A stretch of DNA of 64,000 nucleotides from Candidatus Bathyarchaeota archaeon. Lineage in GTDB: Archaea > Thermoproteota > Bathyarchaeia > Bathyarchaeales > Bathycorpusculaceae. The notes beneath the pieces are model-generated. The model was not told the origin of the DNA and ran no database searches. It saw nothing but the letters and a program-made list of their open reading frames with translations. The translations under genes and the position numbers were made by a program. This document shows positions 20,518 to 30,044 of the stretch, one piece after another. The stretch covers positions 1 to 64,000 of the forward strand of contig CAVZJV010000014.1 of assembly GCA_963775685.1 (NCBI GenBank), read 5' to 3'. How positions within the stretch are numbered: the first letter of the stretch is position 1; each line of letters begins with the position of its first letter.

Positions 20518-20976
20518 TTGTCTGTTCGGGTTAAAGTTGATTCCACTAGGCTTGAGAGTCTAGTCGGTGGGGTGGCTGCTCAGCAAGGGCTTGTTTTTGG
20601 TGAGTGGCAACGGCAGGGATCCGTCGAGGCTGAGCGTGTGTTGCAAGCTAATACACCTGTTCGCACGGGGTTTCTGCGTGACAGTATCGTTAAGCAGTTG
20701 ACGCCTTCAGGTTTCACAGTTTACCCCACAGCATCCTATGCATCATCAGTAGAGCATGGGACTGGTCCGCACACGATTTTTCCTTCACATGCCAAGGTTC
20801 TCTGTTTCAGAACCGGCAAGCTTGGTTGGGTGTTCGGGGAAGGCGCAATATTTGCCAGGCGAGTTAAGCATCCCGGGTTTGCTGGTCGCTTTTTCATACG
20901 CAAAAGCCGTGATGAGTTGCGTGTTAAACTGCGAGATTTGTATTTGATGCTTTGGAGTCGGATGCAAAATGAGTAA
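20518..20976 (+). CDS. HK97 gp10-like neck protein
   Basis: TPVRTGFLRDSI...YASSVEHGT...HPG..GRFF. Confidence 0.85.
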   Translation: MSVRVKVDSTRLESLVGGVAAQQGLVFGEWQRQGSVEAERVLQANTPVRTGFLRDSIVKQLTPSGFTVYPTASYASSVEHGTGPHTIFPSHAKVLCFRTGKLGWVFGEGAIFARRVKHPGFAGRFFIRKSRDELRVKLRDLYLMLWSRMQNE

Positions 20977-21394
20977 CACAATATTAGCCATTAAAGTAGC
21001 TGTTAAAAGTGTTCTTTTGGATGCTTCTTTAGGTCAGGTTTCTAAGTGGCTCTCAGCTGAGCCTTCGCCTTCTGCTTATCCTGGGCTGTGTTTTGGGTGG
21101 GTTGAGTGGAGCGGCGGGTCCGTTGTGCAGGCGAATTTTGATCGCAAAAAAGCGGTTGATGAATTCTTCATAGTCATAATTACTAAGAATGCTGATTCCG
21201 ACCAGGCGGAAAGTGACGGATTGGCGCTAGCTGAGAAGGCTGAGGCTTTGTTCTCTGCTGATCGTAAGTTGGGTGGCGCCGTAACTGATAGTTTGATAAC
21301 GTTGCGTGAGAAGCAAAAAGTGTTCGACGGAAAATTCAGCATTAATGCTGTTCGGTTAACGCTGCAAACTTGGCGCTGGATATCTACTAATTAA
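20969..21394 (+). CDS. tail terminator protein (putative)
   Basis: Position; DRKLGGAV motif. Confidence 0.65.
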   Translation: MSNTILAIKVAVKSVLLDASLGQVSKWLSAEPSPSAYPGLCFGWVEWSGGSVVQANFDRKKAVDEFFIVIITKNADSDQAESDGLALAEKAEALFSADRKLGGAVTDSLITLREKQKVFDGKFSINAVRLTLQTWRWISTN

Positions 21395-21460
21395 GCGATT
21401 AAAAATGTGTTTTTCTATTCTTTAACTCATACTCTGCAGACATAGATAAAAAGAGAGTTA

Positions 21461-21920
21461 GTCAAGAAACATTGACAAGCCTTTGGTCAAGAAATCGCAA
21501 ATTCCCTCTCCAGGACATCAGTATTTCACAGGGTCAACTGAAGTCACGAAATATGCCAGACGGAAATCATAATATCACAATAACAGCTTATGCAGGCGGC
21601 TTCTATCCTGCTGACGGCTTCAGTATAGGTGATGGATTAGGATTTTATCGCTTTCTGATTAATGGTATGTCTACAGTCTTTTTCACAGCTGGTAACCCAG
21701 CAAATGCAACTCCTTTAGCACACATATTCAAACACCTTTGCTGACGCCTTCGCACTCAATTGACAACTTGTTCTTTCAAATAGAAATTCTAATAGTCTTA
21801 GTTTCGATATTTATCATCATTACAGTCTCCATATTTGTTTTCAGAAGGCATCGAAAAACAGTTAACTTAGTCAAGAAACTTTGACCGAGCAGTTTTCTGA
21901 GTTAGTCAAGAAAGCTTGAC
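21461..21920. repeat. three GTCAAG-N4-[ACT]TTGAC palindromes (21461, 21870, 21905) plus a half site (21486)
   Basis: Directly visible; a fourth copy is at 34919. Confidence 0.8.
21472..21884 (+). pseudogene. 5'-truncated, frameshifted surface-protein gene
   Basis: Ig-like fragment (GNHNITITAYAGG), then in another frame a TM helix plus FRRHRKTVNLVKKL*. Confidence 0.65.
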
Positions 21921-21952
21921 GAAAGGCTTTTTATTCCAAACAAAATGAAAAT

Positions 21953-22591
21953 GTGAATGGCTATAATATGAAAATAATTGCCCTCGTGATGCTTGCCTTC
22001 CTTGTCTATTCCACATTTTTTGCAGCTTGCAACGGAGCAGTATGGTTTGAAGGATACAACCCGCAGGAATTCCAAGAAATCCGACTAAACATGCAATACA
22101 TTCAACAACCTCCTGAACACACGCCATCTTCTCCTCCCTTTTGTCATTTGACTCTAAATGAAACAGAACCGCATACTGTTAACCTCACAATAACCGTTTC
22201 CACGATGGCACTATTCCGCCAAACTTCAAACTTTGAAACTTGGCTATCCATCGACTCCCAAGAACCCGAAAAACTAGTTGGAGTCCTTGATTCAACCGTT
22301 TCAGCAACGGGAGCAACATACCAACGCCAATATAACGTAACCCTAAACGAGTTGGTGGATGGCACTCACTCCATAGAAATTCGGGTAGCAGGAGACTATT
22401 ACGGTCCCGATCTTGAGGGAGAGAAATACAACTGCGAAGGCAACATAACCGCTATAATTAACGACTTAACTATAACTCCGTCCCCTTCTGTTCCAGAGTT
22501 TTCTTGGTTAACAATTCTACCCTTACTACTCGCTATTCCAATTGCTCTGGTCATATTCAGAAAAACCGTTTCTAGAAACATTACCTTGTAG
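21953..22591 (+). CDS. surface protein with PEF-CTERM-like sorting tail
   Basis: Signal peptide, DGTHSIEI Ig-like strand, PSVPEF-TM-RK. Confidence 0.85.
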   Translation: MNGYNMKIIALVMLAFLVYSTFFAACNGAVWFEGYNPQEFQEIRLNMQYIQQPPEHTPSSPPFCHLTLNETEPHTVNLTITVSTMALFRQTSNFETWLSIDSQEPEKLVGVLDSTVSATGATYQRQYNVTLNELVDGTHSIEIRVAGDYYGPDLEGEKYNCEGNITAIINDLTITPSPSVPEFSWLTILPLLLAIPIALVIFRKTVSRNITL

Positions 22592-22724
22592 GATTGAAGC
22601 ACCAACAAAAAACATGATTGTCATAAGGCGGGTTTTAGCTAACACTCCTGTTAATCAATTAGTTTTGGTAACTGCCTTTTTGGCATTACAACTAAAAATT
22701 TAGAAATTTTGGAGGCAAAAAATT

Positions 22725-23117
22725 ATGTCTATTCCAGTCCCTGTTTTGGGTAGAGATGCTCGTTTAATAAAATCCAGTGTCGCCATCGGTTTTGGCAAAA
22801 GCATTAAAGTATCCGCGGATGCTGAAGAAATAAAAGTCTACAGTATGGATTCTTTGCAGCCTGCTATCACTGCTGCTGGGAAGCAGTCTTTTAAGTGGTC
22901 CTGTGATCGGCTTTTCACCGATAAAACTTATTTGGCGCTGCTGATGGCTGGCACCAAGTTTGATTTGGTGTTTGCTCCCGAGGGCGATGCTGAGGGCGAT
23001 ACGGTTGAGACTTGGAAGAACTGCAGTATTTTGCATTGTGAGCGTTCAGCCGGCGAAGATGACGGCGTTTTGGAGAGCATTAGTGGTTCTGCCGAAAATG
23101 TCGAGTTTCCAGCTTAA
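22725..23117 (+). CDS. tail tube protein
   Basis: GGAGG RBS, position before the chaperone, beta-rich. Confidence 0.7.
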   Translation: MSIPVPVLGRDARLIKSSVAIGFGKSIKVSADAEEIKVYSMDSLQPAITAAGKQSFKWSCDRLFTDKTYLALLMAGTKFDLVFAPEGDAEGDTVETWKNCSILHCERSAGEDDGVLESISGSAENVEFPA

Positions 23118-23126
23118 GGCGGGTTA

Positions 23127-23600
23127 TTGATGGGTAATGAAAAGAAGTTGAGTTCTGCTGCGGCTGCTATGTTGCCTGAGAATGAGGCTAAGATTGCAGA
23201 GTTTAAGAGGCGTGCTGAAGCTGACGATGCCCGAAATGAAACAGTTACCAAGTTATTTGACCCTGTTGCGTTGCTGCAGCGAGCTGGCCAGATCCATGAA
23301 GCTCAACATCCAACTTTGGGTTTGATTCGTTATGGTGAATTGGTGATCGCTGATTCCGAGGTTATCAATAAATGCAAGAACAAAGCAGACCGCAACGCTA
23401 TGAGCATCTATTTGATGCTTAAGAAAGCCTATTCTAATCTCCCAGATTATACCCCTGAGACCATTAATGAATTTAACCATTCTTTTCCAATGTTGGAAGC
23501 ATCAGAACTAATCAAGTTCCTAAATGAGCAACCGGGTTTTTTGTTAACCAAATCGCCACCTGGATCAAGCACAGTTCAGACGCCGAAAACATCGGCTTAA
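23127..23600 (+). CDS. tail assembly chaperone (gpG-like)
   Basis: Between tube and tape measure; slippery G_GGT_TTT at 23534-23540. Confidence 0.75.
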   Translation: MMGNEKKLSSAAAAMLPENEAKIAEFKRRAEADDARNETVTKLFDPVALLQRAGQIHEAQHPTLGLIRYGELVIADSEVINKCKNKADRNAMSIYLMLKKAYSNLPDYTPETINEFNHSFPMLEASELIKFLNEQPGFLLTKSPPGSSTVQTPKTSA

Positions 23601-23710
23601 TTCTCTCTACTTTTCCCCAATTCAATTTTAGCAGCTTGCGAGAGCTCACAATCCTGCAGTATAATTACCTGGTTGCCTGGGCAAGACTGCATCAGGTTAA
23701 GGTGAGGTAG
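23540..23710 (+). CDS. -1 frame extension (gpT-like part of gpGT)
   Basis: FVNQIATW...LRELTILQYNYLVAWARLHQVKVR*, stops 1 nt before the tape measure start. Confidence 0.75.
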   Translation, partial: FVNQIATWIKHSSDAENIGLILSTFPQFNFSSLRELTILQYNYLVAWARLHQVKVR

Positions 23711-23711
23711 C

Positions 23712-25067
23712 TTGGCTGATTCTGACATAGAAATCAATCTAGAACTAATCGACAATGCTAGTAGTCAGCTAGCGGAAGCCTCATCAAACATTTCCAGCAG
23801 CCTTGATATGGTTTCAAATTCGAGTAGCCAATTAGCTTCTGCCGCTGAATCGACCGTGCCTCCATTATCTGAGAGTGAGCATGCTCAGAGGCAGTTGACT
23901 TCTGCAGCAGTGGAGCTGAAGGATACACAGTCTACGTTGGCGTCTGCCACTGAGAACCTCAACACCGCTATTCGGAAGAATGGATCCGATAGCCAAGAGG
24001 CCGCTGTGGCTCTTCGGGATTTTACAGCTGCCCAGCAAAATCTTAAGAATAGCCAAAGTGAGCTTAATTCTATTACCAAGCAGAGTTCTGGTTCTCTAAA
24101 GGGATTTGCTCTTGGTGCATCTGGAGCTGCCACTGCAGGCTTTAGTCTCTATAGTAGTTTTGATAGGATTCAGAAAGCGGAGCTTGCGGTTGACAGGGCT
24201 AATTTGCAGGTGCGCACTTCCACTAAAGGGGTTGAGGATGCCCAGCGTAACCTCAATGCAGCCGTGGTTGAGCATGGCGCTAGTAGTGTCGAAGCTAAAG
24301 CCGCGTCAGAGCAACTAAGCATTGCACAGGAGCGTTTGGAGGTATCCAATGAGCGGGCTAAGCAGTCGCAGGACAACGTCAATCAAGCAATGATCGCAAG
24401 TGCAATACAAGTTATCCCTTCCACCATCACCATGGTTGATAGTCTAAGTAGGGCTTGGAAGAATTTTCCCGACATGACAGGCGTTCTAAAGACTCTTGGT
24501 ACCAATGTTTCTGATGTTGGCAGCAAGGCGTCGCTTGCGGCTATTGGGGTTGGTTCTTTTGTCGGCGGCTTCACTTTGGGGGTTACTGTGATTAAGCAGT
24601 TTGGTGACCAGCTGGGTCCTGTTGGCAGGGCTTTGATGGTTGTTGTTCCAGCTATTATTGCGGCTGCCGCTGCGGTTTGGATGCTCCAGGAAGGCATAAC
24701 CTTGGGAGTTGCCACCGCTGCTTTGGTTGCTTCTGGTGTTGCTGTGGGCGCTATGGTTGCGAACCTGCAGAGTTATGGCAATGTCGCTGGTTTAGCCGCA
24801 GGTGGCGTGGTTGATCACCCGATGCTGGCGTTGATCGGTGAAGGCGGCGAAAAAGAAATCGTTATGCCCCTTAGCCAATACGAGGCCCAACGCACAGAAA
24901 GCAAAGAAACAAAGCAGGCTGCAGCTGGCTATCCACAGAACGTGACTTACATCACCTTTGAGCAGCACCTTCACGGCGATATTGTCAGCCCTGCCGATGA
25001 AGACAGAGTAGCCCAAAAAGCAATTGACAAACTTGATGAGGAACTGTATCGCAGGAGAAACAGTTAA
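23712..25067 (+). CDS. tail tape measure protein (short, 451 aa)
   Basis: IEINLELIDNAS start, coiled coils, TM region, GLAAGGVV...LIGEGGEKEIVMPL. Confidence 0.88.
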   Translation: MADSDIEINLELIDNASSQLAEASSNISSSLDMVSNSSSQLASAAESTVPPLSESEHAQRQLTSAAVELKDTQSTLASATENLNTAIRKNGSDSQEAAVALRDFTAAQQNLKNSQSELNSITKQSSGSLKGFALGASGAATAGFSLYSSFDRIQKAELAVDRANLQVRTSTKGVEDAQRNLNAAVVEHGASSVEAKAASEQLSIAQERLEVSNERAKQSQDNVNQAMIASAIQVIPSTITMVDSLSRAWKNFPDMTGVLKTLGTNVSDVGSKASLAAIGVGSFVGGFTLGVTVIKQFGDQLGPVGRALMVVVPAIIAAAAAVWMLQEGITLGVATAALVASGVAVGAMVANLQSYGNVAGLAAGGVVDHPMLALIGEGGEKEIVMPLSQYEAQRTESKETKQAAAGYPQNVTYITFEQHLHGDIVSPADEDRVAQKAIDKLDEELYRRRNS

Positions 25068-25423
25068 TGGCATTCATCATTGGAACAGTAACGCTTCCCG
25101 AAGTGCCTGAGCGTATGAGTGTTCAGAAATCAGCCAACAAGCAAACAGAGCCCAAATCAGGCGATTATCCGCTTGCAATGGTAGACGGCTTTTCTGGATC
25201 CATAACTTTATCGGGAAAGCTTGAGGGCAGCTGGCTAACTAATTTTGAGGCAATCCTGTCACCCCTACTAAATGCGGTTGGCACAGCTGTTTCATGCACA
25301 TTAGGCGGCGGACTTGACGGCACATATCTGCTTGATGACTTCAAGTTTGATCCCGAAAACCCCTCAGTAACACCCTACACAATCAAGTTGACTTCAGCTA
25401 GCACAGTTTACGCATTGAGTTGA
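25067..25423 (+). CDS. distal tail protein (putative)
   Basis: Position after the tape measure gene. Confidence 0.6.
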   Translation: MAFIIGTVTLPEVPERMSVQKSANKQTEPKSGDYPLAMVDGFSGSITLSGKLEGSWLTNFEAILSPLLNAVGTAVSCTLGGGLDGTYLLDDFKFDPENPSVTPYTIKLTSASTVYALS

Positions 25424-25427
25424 GATT

Positions 25428-28226
25428 ATGGCAAGATGGTCAATTGAATACTACGATGATGTTGCACAAGACTTCGTTGAATTCACAGGGTACAATCTTA
25501 ATCAGGTTTATGAGGAACTGGGCGAGAACGGCGAGCCACATCTATATTTTCATGTGTTCAATACGGCTGCCAACCGTGCACTTTTGCAGCAAGACCTTCT
25601 GGTTAATGCGTATTATAATGACGTGCTGCAGTTCACGGGGATTCTGCAGGGCGGAGATATAGAAGATCGCCCTGGCAAAATCAAAATGGTTGTCTACGAC
25701 GATTTTATCATAACGCTTGATCAGGCCTCATCATTCACAGGCGCGTATGAAAAATCAGCCAAAGACATAATCGACGCAATCCTTGATGGCACTGGCTATA
25801 GTGCGCACTCAAGTACACCGACAACTATTATCCCTGTTGTTTTCTACCATGCGAACCGACTTGATGCGATTAAATTCATGCAGAAGGCGCTTGCATGTGA
25901 CGTTTGGCACAGTGGAACAACAGTCTATTTCGGCGCCAAAGGTGCAGAAGTAACCCACAATCCAACAACTATAGCACTCAGCAAACGTGGCATAGACCGA
26001 TCCAAAGGGCAATTTACAAAAGTTGAGATCAGAGGCACTGACGTAACTGGATTTCACATTTTAGGAGTTGCCGGCTCGGGCACAAAGGTCTGGAAGGGCA
26101 ACGAAGACCAGATGACCGATGAAACAACCCTCAACAGTATAGCAGCTAAGAAACTTGCAGAGTTAGCCACTGATTCAAGCGGTTTGCCTGTTAGTGTTCT
26201 GATGACAGAGGGCAAAGACTACTCGCTTGGCGAATCAGTCGCAGTATCAGATGCGCGTTACCTGCTTGATGGAACATACCGAATCATGCAGATGACTAAA
26301 ACAAAATTCAAATGCAATATGCAGCTTGATAGGGCGCGTAAAACGCTTGCTGCGACAGTTGATGAACTGAAAGGTTGGGAGAAAAAAGGCATCTATGCGC
26401 CTGGAAGTGAAGCATGGGAAGTTAACCTTCAGGGGCTAGTTGGGCTTTTCCACCTAAATGAAGGCGAAGGCACAATCGCGAAGAATGCAGCGCCCCTTGA
26501 AGAACCAATCGATGGAGTAATTAATGATGGAAGTTGGGAAGATGGACCTATCACAAAAATGCTTACATTTAATGGAACAAGCTCTATGGTTAGTCTTGGC
26601 GATGCCAGTCAAGCAGGAATCAACTTTACGGGTAAGCTGAGTTTTGGCGGCTGGTTTTCTCCTTCAGCAACTGATTCAACCAAACGTTTTGTCTGCCATA
26701 AAGACGGTCAATTCGCATTGTATTATCATGTTAACACAGGCGTTCTTGGCTGCGATATAGTCACTGACACTGGTACGCATAGTTATAGTTCTGATGCTGG
26801 TTTGATCAAGGTCGGTGGCCGCATTTTTGTTATGGTTACTTATGATCAAGTTAAAGTGCGCATGTACTATAATGGTTGGCTGCATAAAGAATGGTCATTG
26901 ACGGGTGCGCCGTTATCTTCAGAGAACCCTGTTTATCTTGGTGTTTTCTTGAAGGGTGTTCTATCAGAAGTTATGCTCTGGTCACGGGCTCTGGTTGATC
27001 AGGAGGTGCTTGAGCTCTACTTTTTTCCCCTGCTTAGGTCTATGAGTAAAATTAAGCCAGATGGCTTTTATCTGACGTATGGTCCCAGCGTTAAAGAGCG
27101 TAAGGCTGTTACGCTTGATTACATGCTGAGTTCTTTAATCCTTAATGGTGAAGCAGTTGTTTCTTCGGCTACTGGAACGATGAACAGCTACGAAGCAGGG
27201 TATGCAGTTTTGGCACTTCTGGATTTTGGCGGATCATCGTATTATGGTCTTTGTGAGGATATTTTGGATTTGTGGGTTTCTCTGCAGAACGTTGATGGCA
27301 GCTGGTACCAACAGTACAATCCATATTCGCCCTATGACGTTGTTGCTTTGACCTCTTTGGGCACTGATGGCGATTTGAAGGTTGATTCTGGTGCTGCTCT
27401 TCTTGCTTGGGCAATGAGTCGCTATGATGAGTTAACAAGTAGTACAAGATACAGAGTTATAGTTCAGAAAGCGTTAAGCTTTTTGCGGGACCTTCAATAC
27501 TCTCACCTGGTTGCTCACTCAACTAACTTGCTCTCAAACCTTATTTTAGATGGAGTAACAGACACGACTGCATTGCTTGCTGATTGTGGTGAATGCTTGC
27601 TTTCAGCTAAACATGCCTTAGATGCGTATGGCGACAGTCTGCTGACGTCGGCAAGTTATAGCGTGAAAACCTTCGCAAACGACCTCTACTATAGTATATG
27701 TGTGGTTGGGTGGCGAGGCAGCTTAGCTCTCTATTTTGATACTTCTTATCCCTATGAACAAAACACGAGCATCCCATTCAACTATAAGGAGAAAATTAGC
27801 TATACTCAGGCTCTTTGCAGCTGGGCAGTCTTCGAGTTTGCTGGCAGTGCATATTTAACTGCGTCTGATTACCGATCAGGAATCTGTGAACCTTGCCTTG
27901 ATTATATTGTTACTGTTACTAGGGGGTCTTGGGGCGGAGAGTATTTTTGCCCTTATACCGGGGGAACTGGGGAATCGCAGGATGAATTTGCAGGTTATTC
28001 TGGCCTATTGTGTATTGCTGCGCAAAAGGTGAACAACACAAAATATACCCATCTCATAACGGGCTTGAGAGGCTTCATTAGGTGGCTCACGTTGCCCGAC
28101 GGCCAGATATGTGATGTTGCTGATGCAACGGGAAAATTGTGGCGCAGCAAATTAGATGAGACCACAGAAGGCGGGTTCTTAGTTTTGCCAATCGCTATTG
28201 CTTTGTTGGCTGGCGCTGGAAGTTAA
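25428..28226 (+). CDS. tail-tip/hub protein with LamG domain and C-terminal alpha/alpha-toroid domain
   Basis: Hub-like N-terminus; GLVGLFHLNEGEGT...LWSRAL...E (LamG); QNVDGSWYQQY helical repeats. Confidence 0.8.
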   Translation: MARWSIEYYDDVAQDFVEFTGYNLNQVYEELGENGEPHLYFHVFNTAANRALLQQDLLVNAYYNDVLQFTGILQGGDIEDRPGKIKMVVYDDFIITLDQASSFTGAYEKSAKDIIDAILDGTGYSAHSSTPTTIIPVVFYHANRLDAIKFMQKALACDVWHSGTTVYFGAKGAEVTHNPTTIALSKRGIDRSKGQFTKVEIRGTDVTGFHILGVAGSGTKVWKGNEDQMTDETTLNSIAAKKLAELATDSSGLPVSVLMTEGKDYSLGESVAVSDARYLLDGTYRIMQMTKTKFKCNMQLDRARKTLAATVDELKGWEKKGIYAPGSEAWEVNLQGLVGLFHLNEGEGTIAKNAAPLEEPIDGVINDGSWEDGPITKMLTFNGTSSMVSLGDASQAGINFTGKLSFGGWFSPSATDSTKRFVCHKDGQFALYYHVNTGVLGCDIVTDTGTHSYSSDAGLIKVGGRIFVMVTYDQVKVRMYYNGWLHKEWSLTGAPLSSENPVYLGVFLKGVLSEVMLWSRALVDQEVLELYFFPLLRSMSKIKPDGFYLTYGPSVKERKAVTLDYMLSSLILNGEAVVSSATGTMNSYEAGYAVLALLDFGGSSYYGLCEDILDLWVSLQNVDGSWYQQYNPYSPYDVVALTSLGTDGDLKVDSGAALLAWAMSRYDELTSSTRYRVIVQKALSFLRDLQYSHLVAHSTNLLSNLILDGVTDTTALLADCGECLLSAKHALDAYGDSLLTSASYSVKTFANDLYYSICVVGWRGSLALYFDTSYPYEQNTSIPFNYKEKISYTQALCSWAVFEFAGSAYLTASDYRSGICEPCLDYIVTVTRGSWGGEYFCPYTGGTGESQDEFAGYSGLLCIAAQKVNNTKYTHLITGLRGFIRWLTLPDGQICDVADATGKLWRSKLDETTEGGFLVLPIAIALLAGAGS

Positions 28227-28311
28227 TCGCCCTTTGTCGGCAACTTTTATTCTAAATTATTGTTGATTTCGAAATTCTATAGTTATCCTTGTTTGTTGGA
28301 GGTGATTTTGT

Positions 28312-28506
28312 TTGGTTGATGAGATTGAGGTATCTGAGAATAAGGAAGCCCTGATCGTTTTGGCTGGTACAGTTGCGGGCGCTGCTACTACGTTTGTTGC
28401 TTCTTTGCCGATTCCGCTGGAAATTAAAGCTCCGGCGACTGTGTTAGCATCCACTGTGACGGCTGCGATTCTGCTTTACTGGAAGAATAAAGTCAACAAG
28501 CAGTAA
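28312..28506 (+). CDS. small 2-TM protein (holin-like candidate)
   Basis: GGAGGTGA RBS, hydrophobic helices, end of the late operon followed by a T-rich tract. Confidence 0.6.
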   Translation: MVDEIEVSENKEALIVLAGTVAGAATTFVASLPIPLEIKAPATVLASTVTAAILLYWKNKVNKQ

Positions 28507-28668
28507 GCATCCACTTTTCTTTCTTTTTAGCGCAGTCTAAAGGTGTTTCCATTTTCACAAACCCCTCTCCCCTGCTTCCAACATACGCTTTTACAGCGCT
28601 TTTTTTAAGGACTATCAGCATATGCATCGCCCGATGGATGTCTGAATCAAAATGAGAAGTGAAAGTCA

Positions 28669-28980
28669 GTGAAAGAGATTCAAATGTCAGACGAACTTTA
28701 CATAAAATTTCGTGAATTAGCTGCCCGTATCACCTTAGTAGAGGGTAAAGAAACAACCATCGTTGATGCATTAGAACTTGTTACCGTGCCCCTGAAAGCT
28801 TTCGGCGAACCCGAAGAACGGATGCCTGAAAATCTGCAGAAATACCAAAAAATAGTGGAGGAAAACAAGGATCTTGCACAAGAGAATCTTGAAATGTTGT
28901 TATCGGGCTTAATACGCGACTACAATGATTTCCTTGACACTAAACAGAATCCCCAAGAGCCAAACCAGACAAACATCTGA
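28669..28980 (+). CDS. hypothetical protein (possible RHH-like N-terminus)
   Basis: ORF; IQMSDELYIKFRELA. Confidence 0.55.
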   Translation: MKEIQMSDELYIKFRELAARITLVEGKETTIVDALELVTVPLKAFGEPEERMPENLQKYQKIVEENKDLAQENLEMLLSGLIRDYNDFLDTKQNPQEPNQTNI

Positions 28981-28995
28981 GCTTTTTTTAGTCAG

Positions 28996-29232
28996 TTATT
29001 TTTTTGGCTTAGCGGTAGCTCTGGCTTCTTCTTCATCTGCTTTTCTTTCGTCTTCCTCGATTTCTTTTAGCAAGTCTTCGTCTTCAACTAGGCAAGTGTT
29101 CTCCTCATCCACTTCGACGGCTCGGTCTTGGATCCGATGTTTCGCTATTGCAATCGCTTCTTCTTTGGTGTTTGCATCCACAATTTCTGAACAATATTCA
29201 ATTATAAAGTAGTTCTTTTTTGGTTTGGACAT
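28996..29232 (-). CDS. small acidic viral hypothetical protein
   Basis: GGAG upstream; VDANTKEEAIAIA motif. Confidence 0.6.
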   Translation of the reverse strand: MSKPKKNYFIIEYCSEIVDANTKEEAIAIAKHRIQDRAVEVDEENTCLVEDEDLLKEIEEDERKADEEEARATAKPKK

Positions 29233-29594
29233 AGGTTAATCTCCATTATGCTGAGCCTTTACTATCTTATTATGTCTAACGAAAAGTTTGGGCATATGGG
29301 GCGCTCGTTTGATTACTCGCAGACGGCACCTACATCGCAGTCTCGCCAGCACCAGAAAACATCAATGCACTACTCGCAGCAGTAGCATACATCTGCGGCT
29401 AGCCGTTACCAACCTTTCGGGAAAACCTCTGATTACTTTGCTAGCATTTTAAACGCTGATTCTGCGAAATTGGCGAAGCTGATTAGGCTTGTTGAAATGC
29501 TTCAGCAAACAAAGGTTACCTGTTTTTGGTTAAACTTTAGCTCATAGTCCAAAATGCTTATAGTTGTCATTATACATTTTATTAACTGACCATT

Positions 29595-30044
29595 ATGTCT
29601 GAGAAAACAGTCTCAATCCTTCGAGCAATAGGAAACCCGAACAAAGCAAAAATAATCGCGCACCTGGCAAAGCATAGAGGTGAGACGGCTGAAGGCATTG
29701 GAAAACACTTAGGCTATCCGCTACCAACCGTTTACAAGTACCTTCGAGAGCTTGAAGCTGCAAGCGTTGTAGAGAGCGAAGCTAAAGGCAACACAAGAGT
29801 GTATTTTGCTGGCGATTTCAAGCTTGAAGTTTCTCCTGAGAAGTTAATGGAGGCGTTCGAGGAACAAACGATGATGGATCTCCACAAAGGCCGATTTGGG
29901 GCTAAGGGCATAGAGAAGTTTAACAACGTTGCAGCTAAAGCGAAAGCGGGAAAGATGACTTTTAGGCAAGCAGCCGCCACACTGGGAATAACCTACTACG
30001 AGTTTATCTCACTTTTAGAAGAAGCCGGCGCTCTGGATGCCTAA
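29595..30044 (+). CDS. wHTH antitoxin/regulator (ArsR-like plus UPF0175-like C-terminus)
   Basis: AIGNPNKAKII...TVYKYLRELE; MTFRQAAATLGITYYEF. Confidence 0.75.
   Translation: MSEKTVSILRAIGNPNKAKIIAHLAKHRGETAEGIGKHLGYPLPTVYKYLRELEAASVVESEAKGNTRVYFAGDFKLEVSPEKLMEAFEEQTMMDLHKGRFGAKGIEKFNNVAAKAKAGKMTFRQAAATLGITYYEFISLLEEAGALDA

Noticed and set aside
21461-21920. CRISPR-like array from GTCAAGAAA repeats
   Set aside because: Repeats are short and irregularly spaced; no cas genes
12557-28506. Gene transfer agent
   Set aside because: att sites, integrase and early genes are present, so a provirus is the simpler reading
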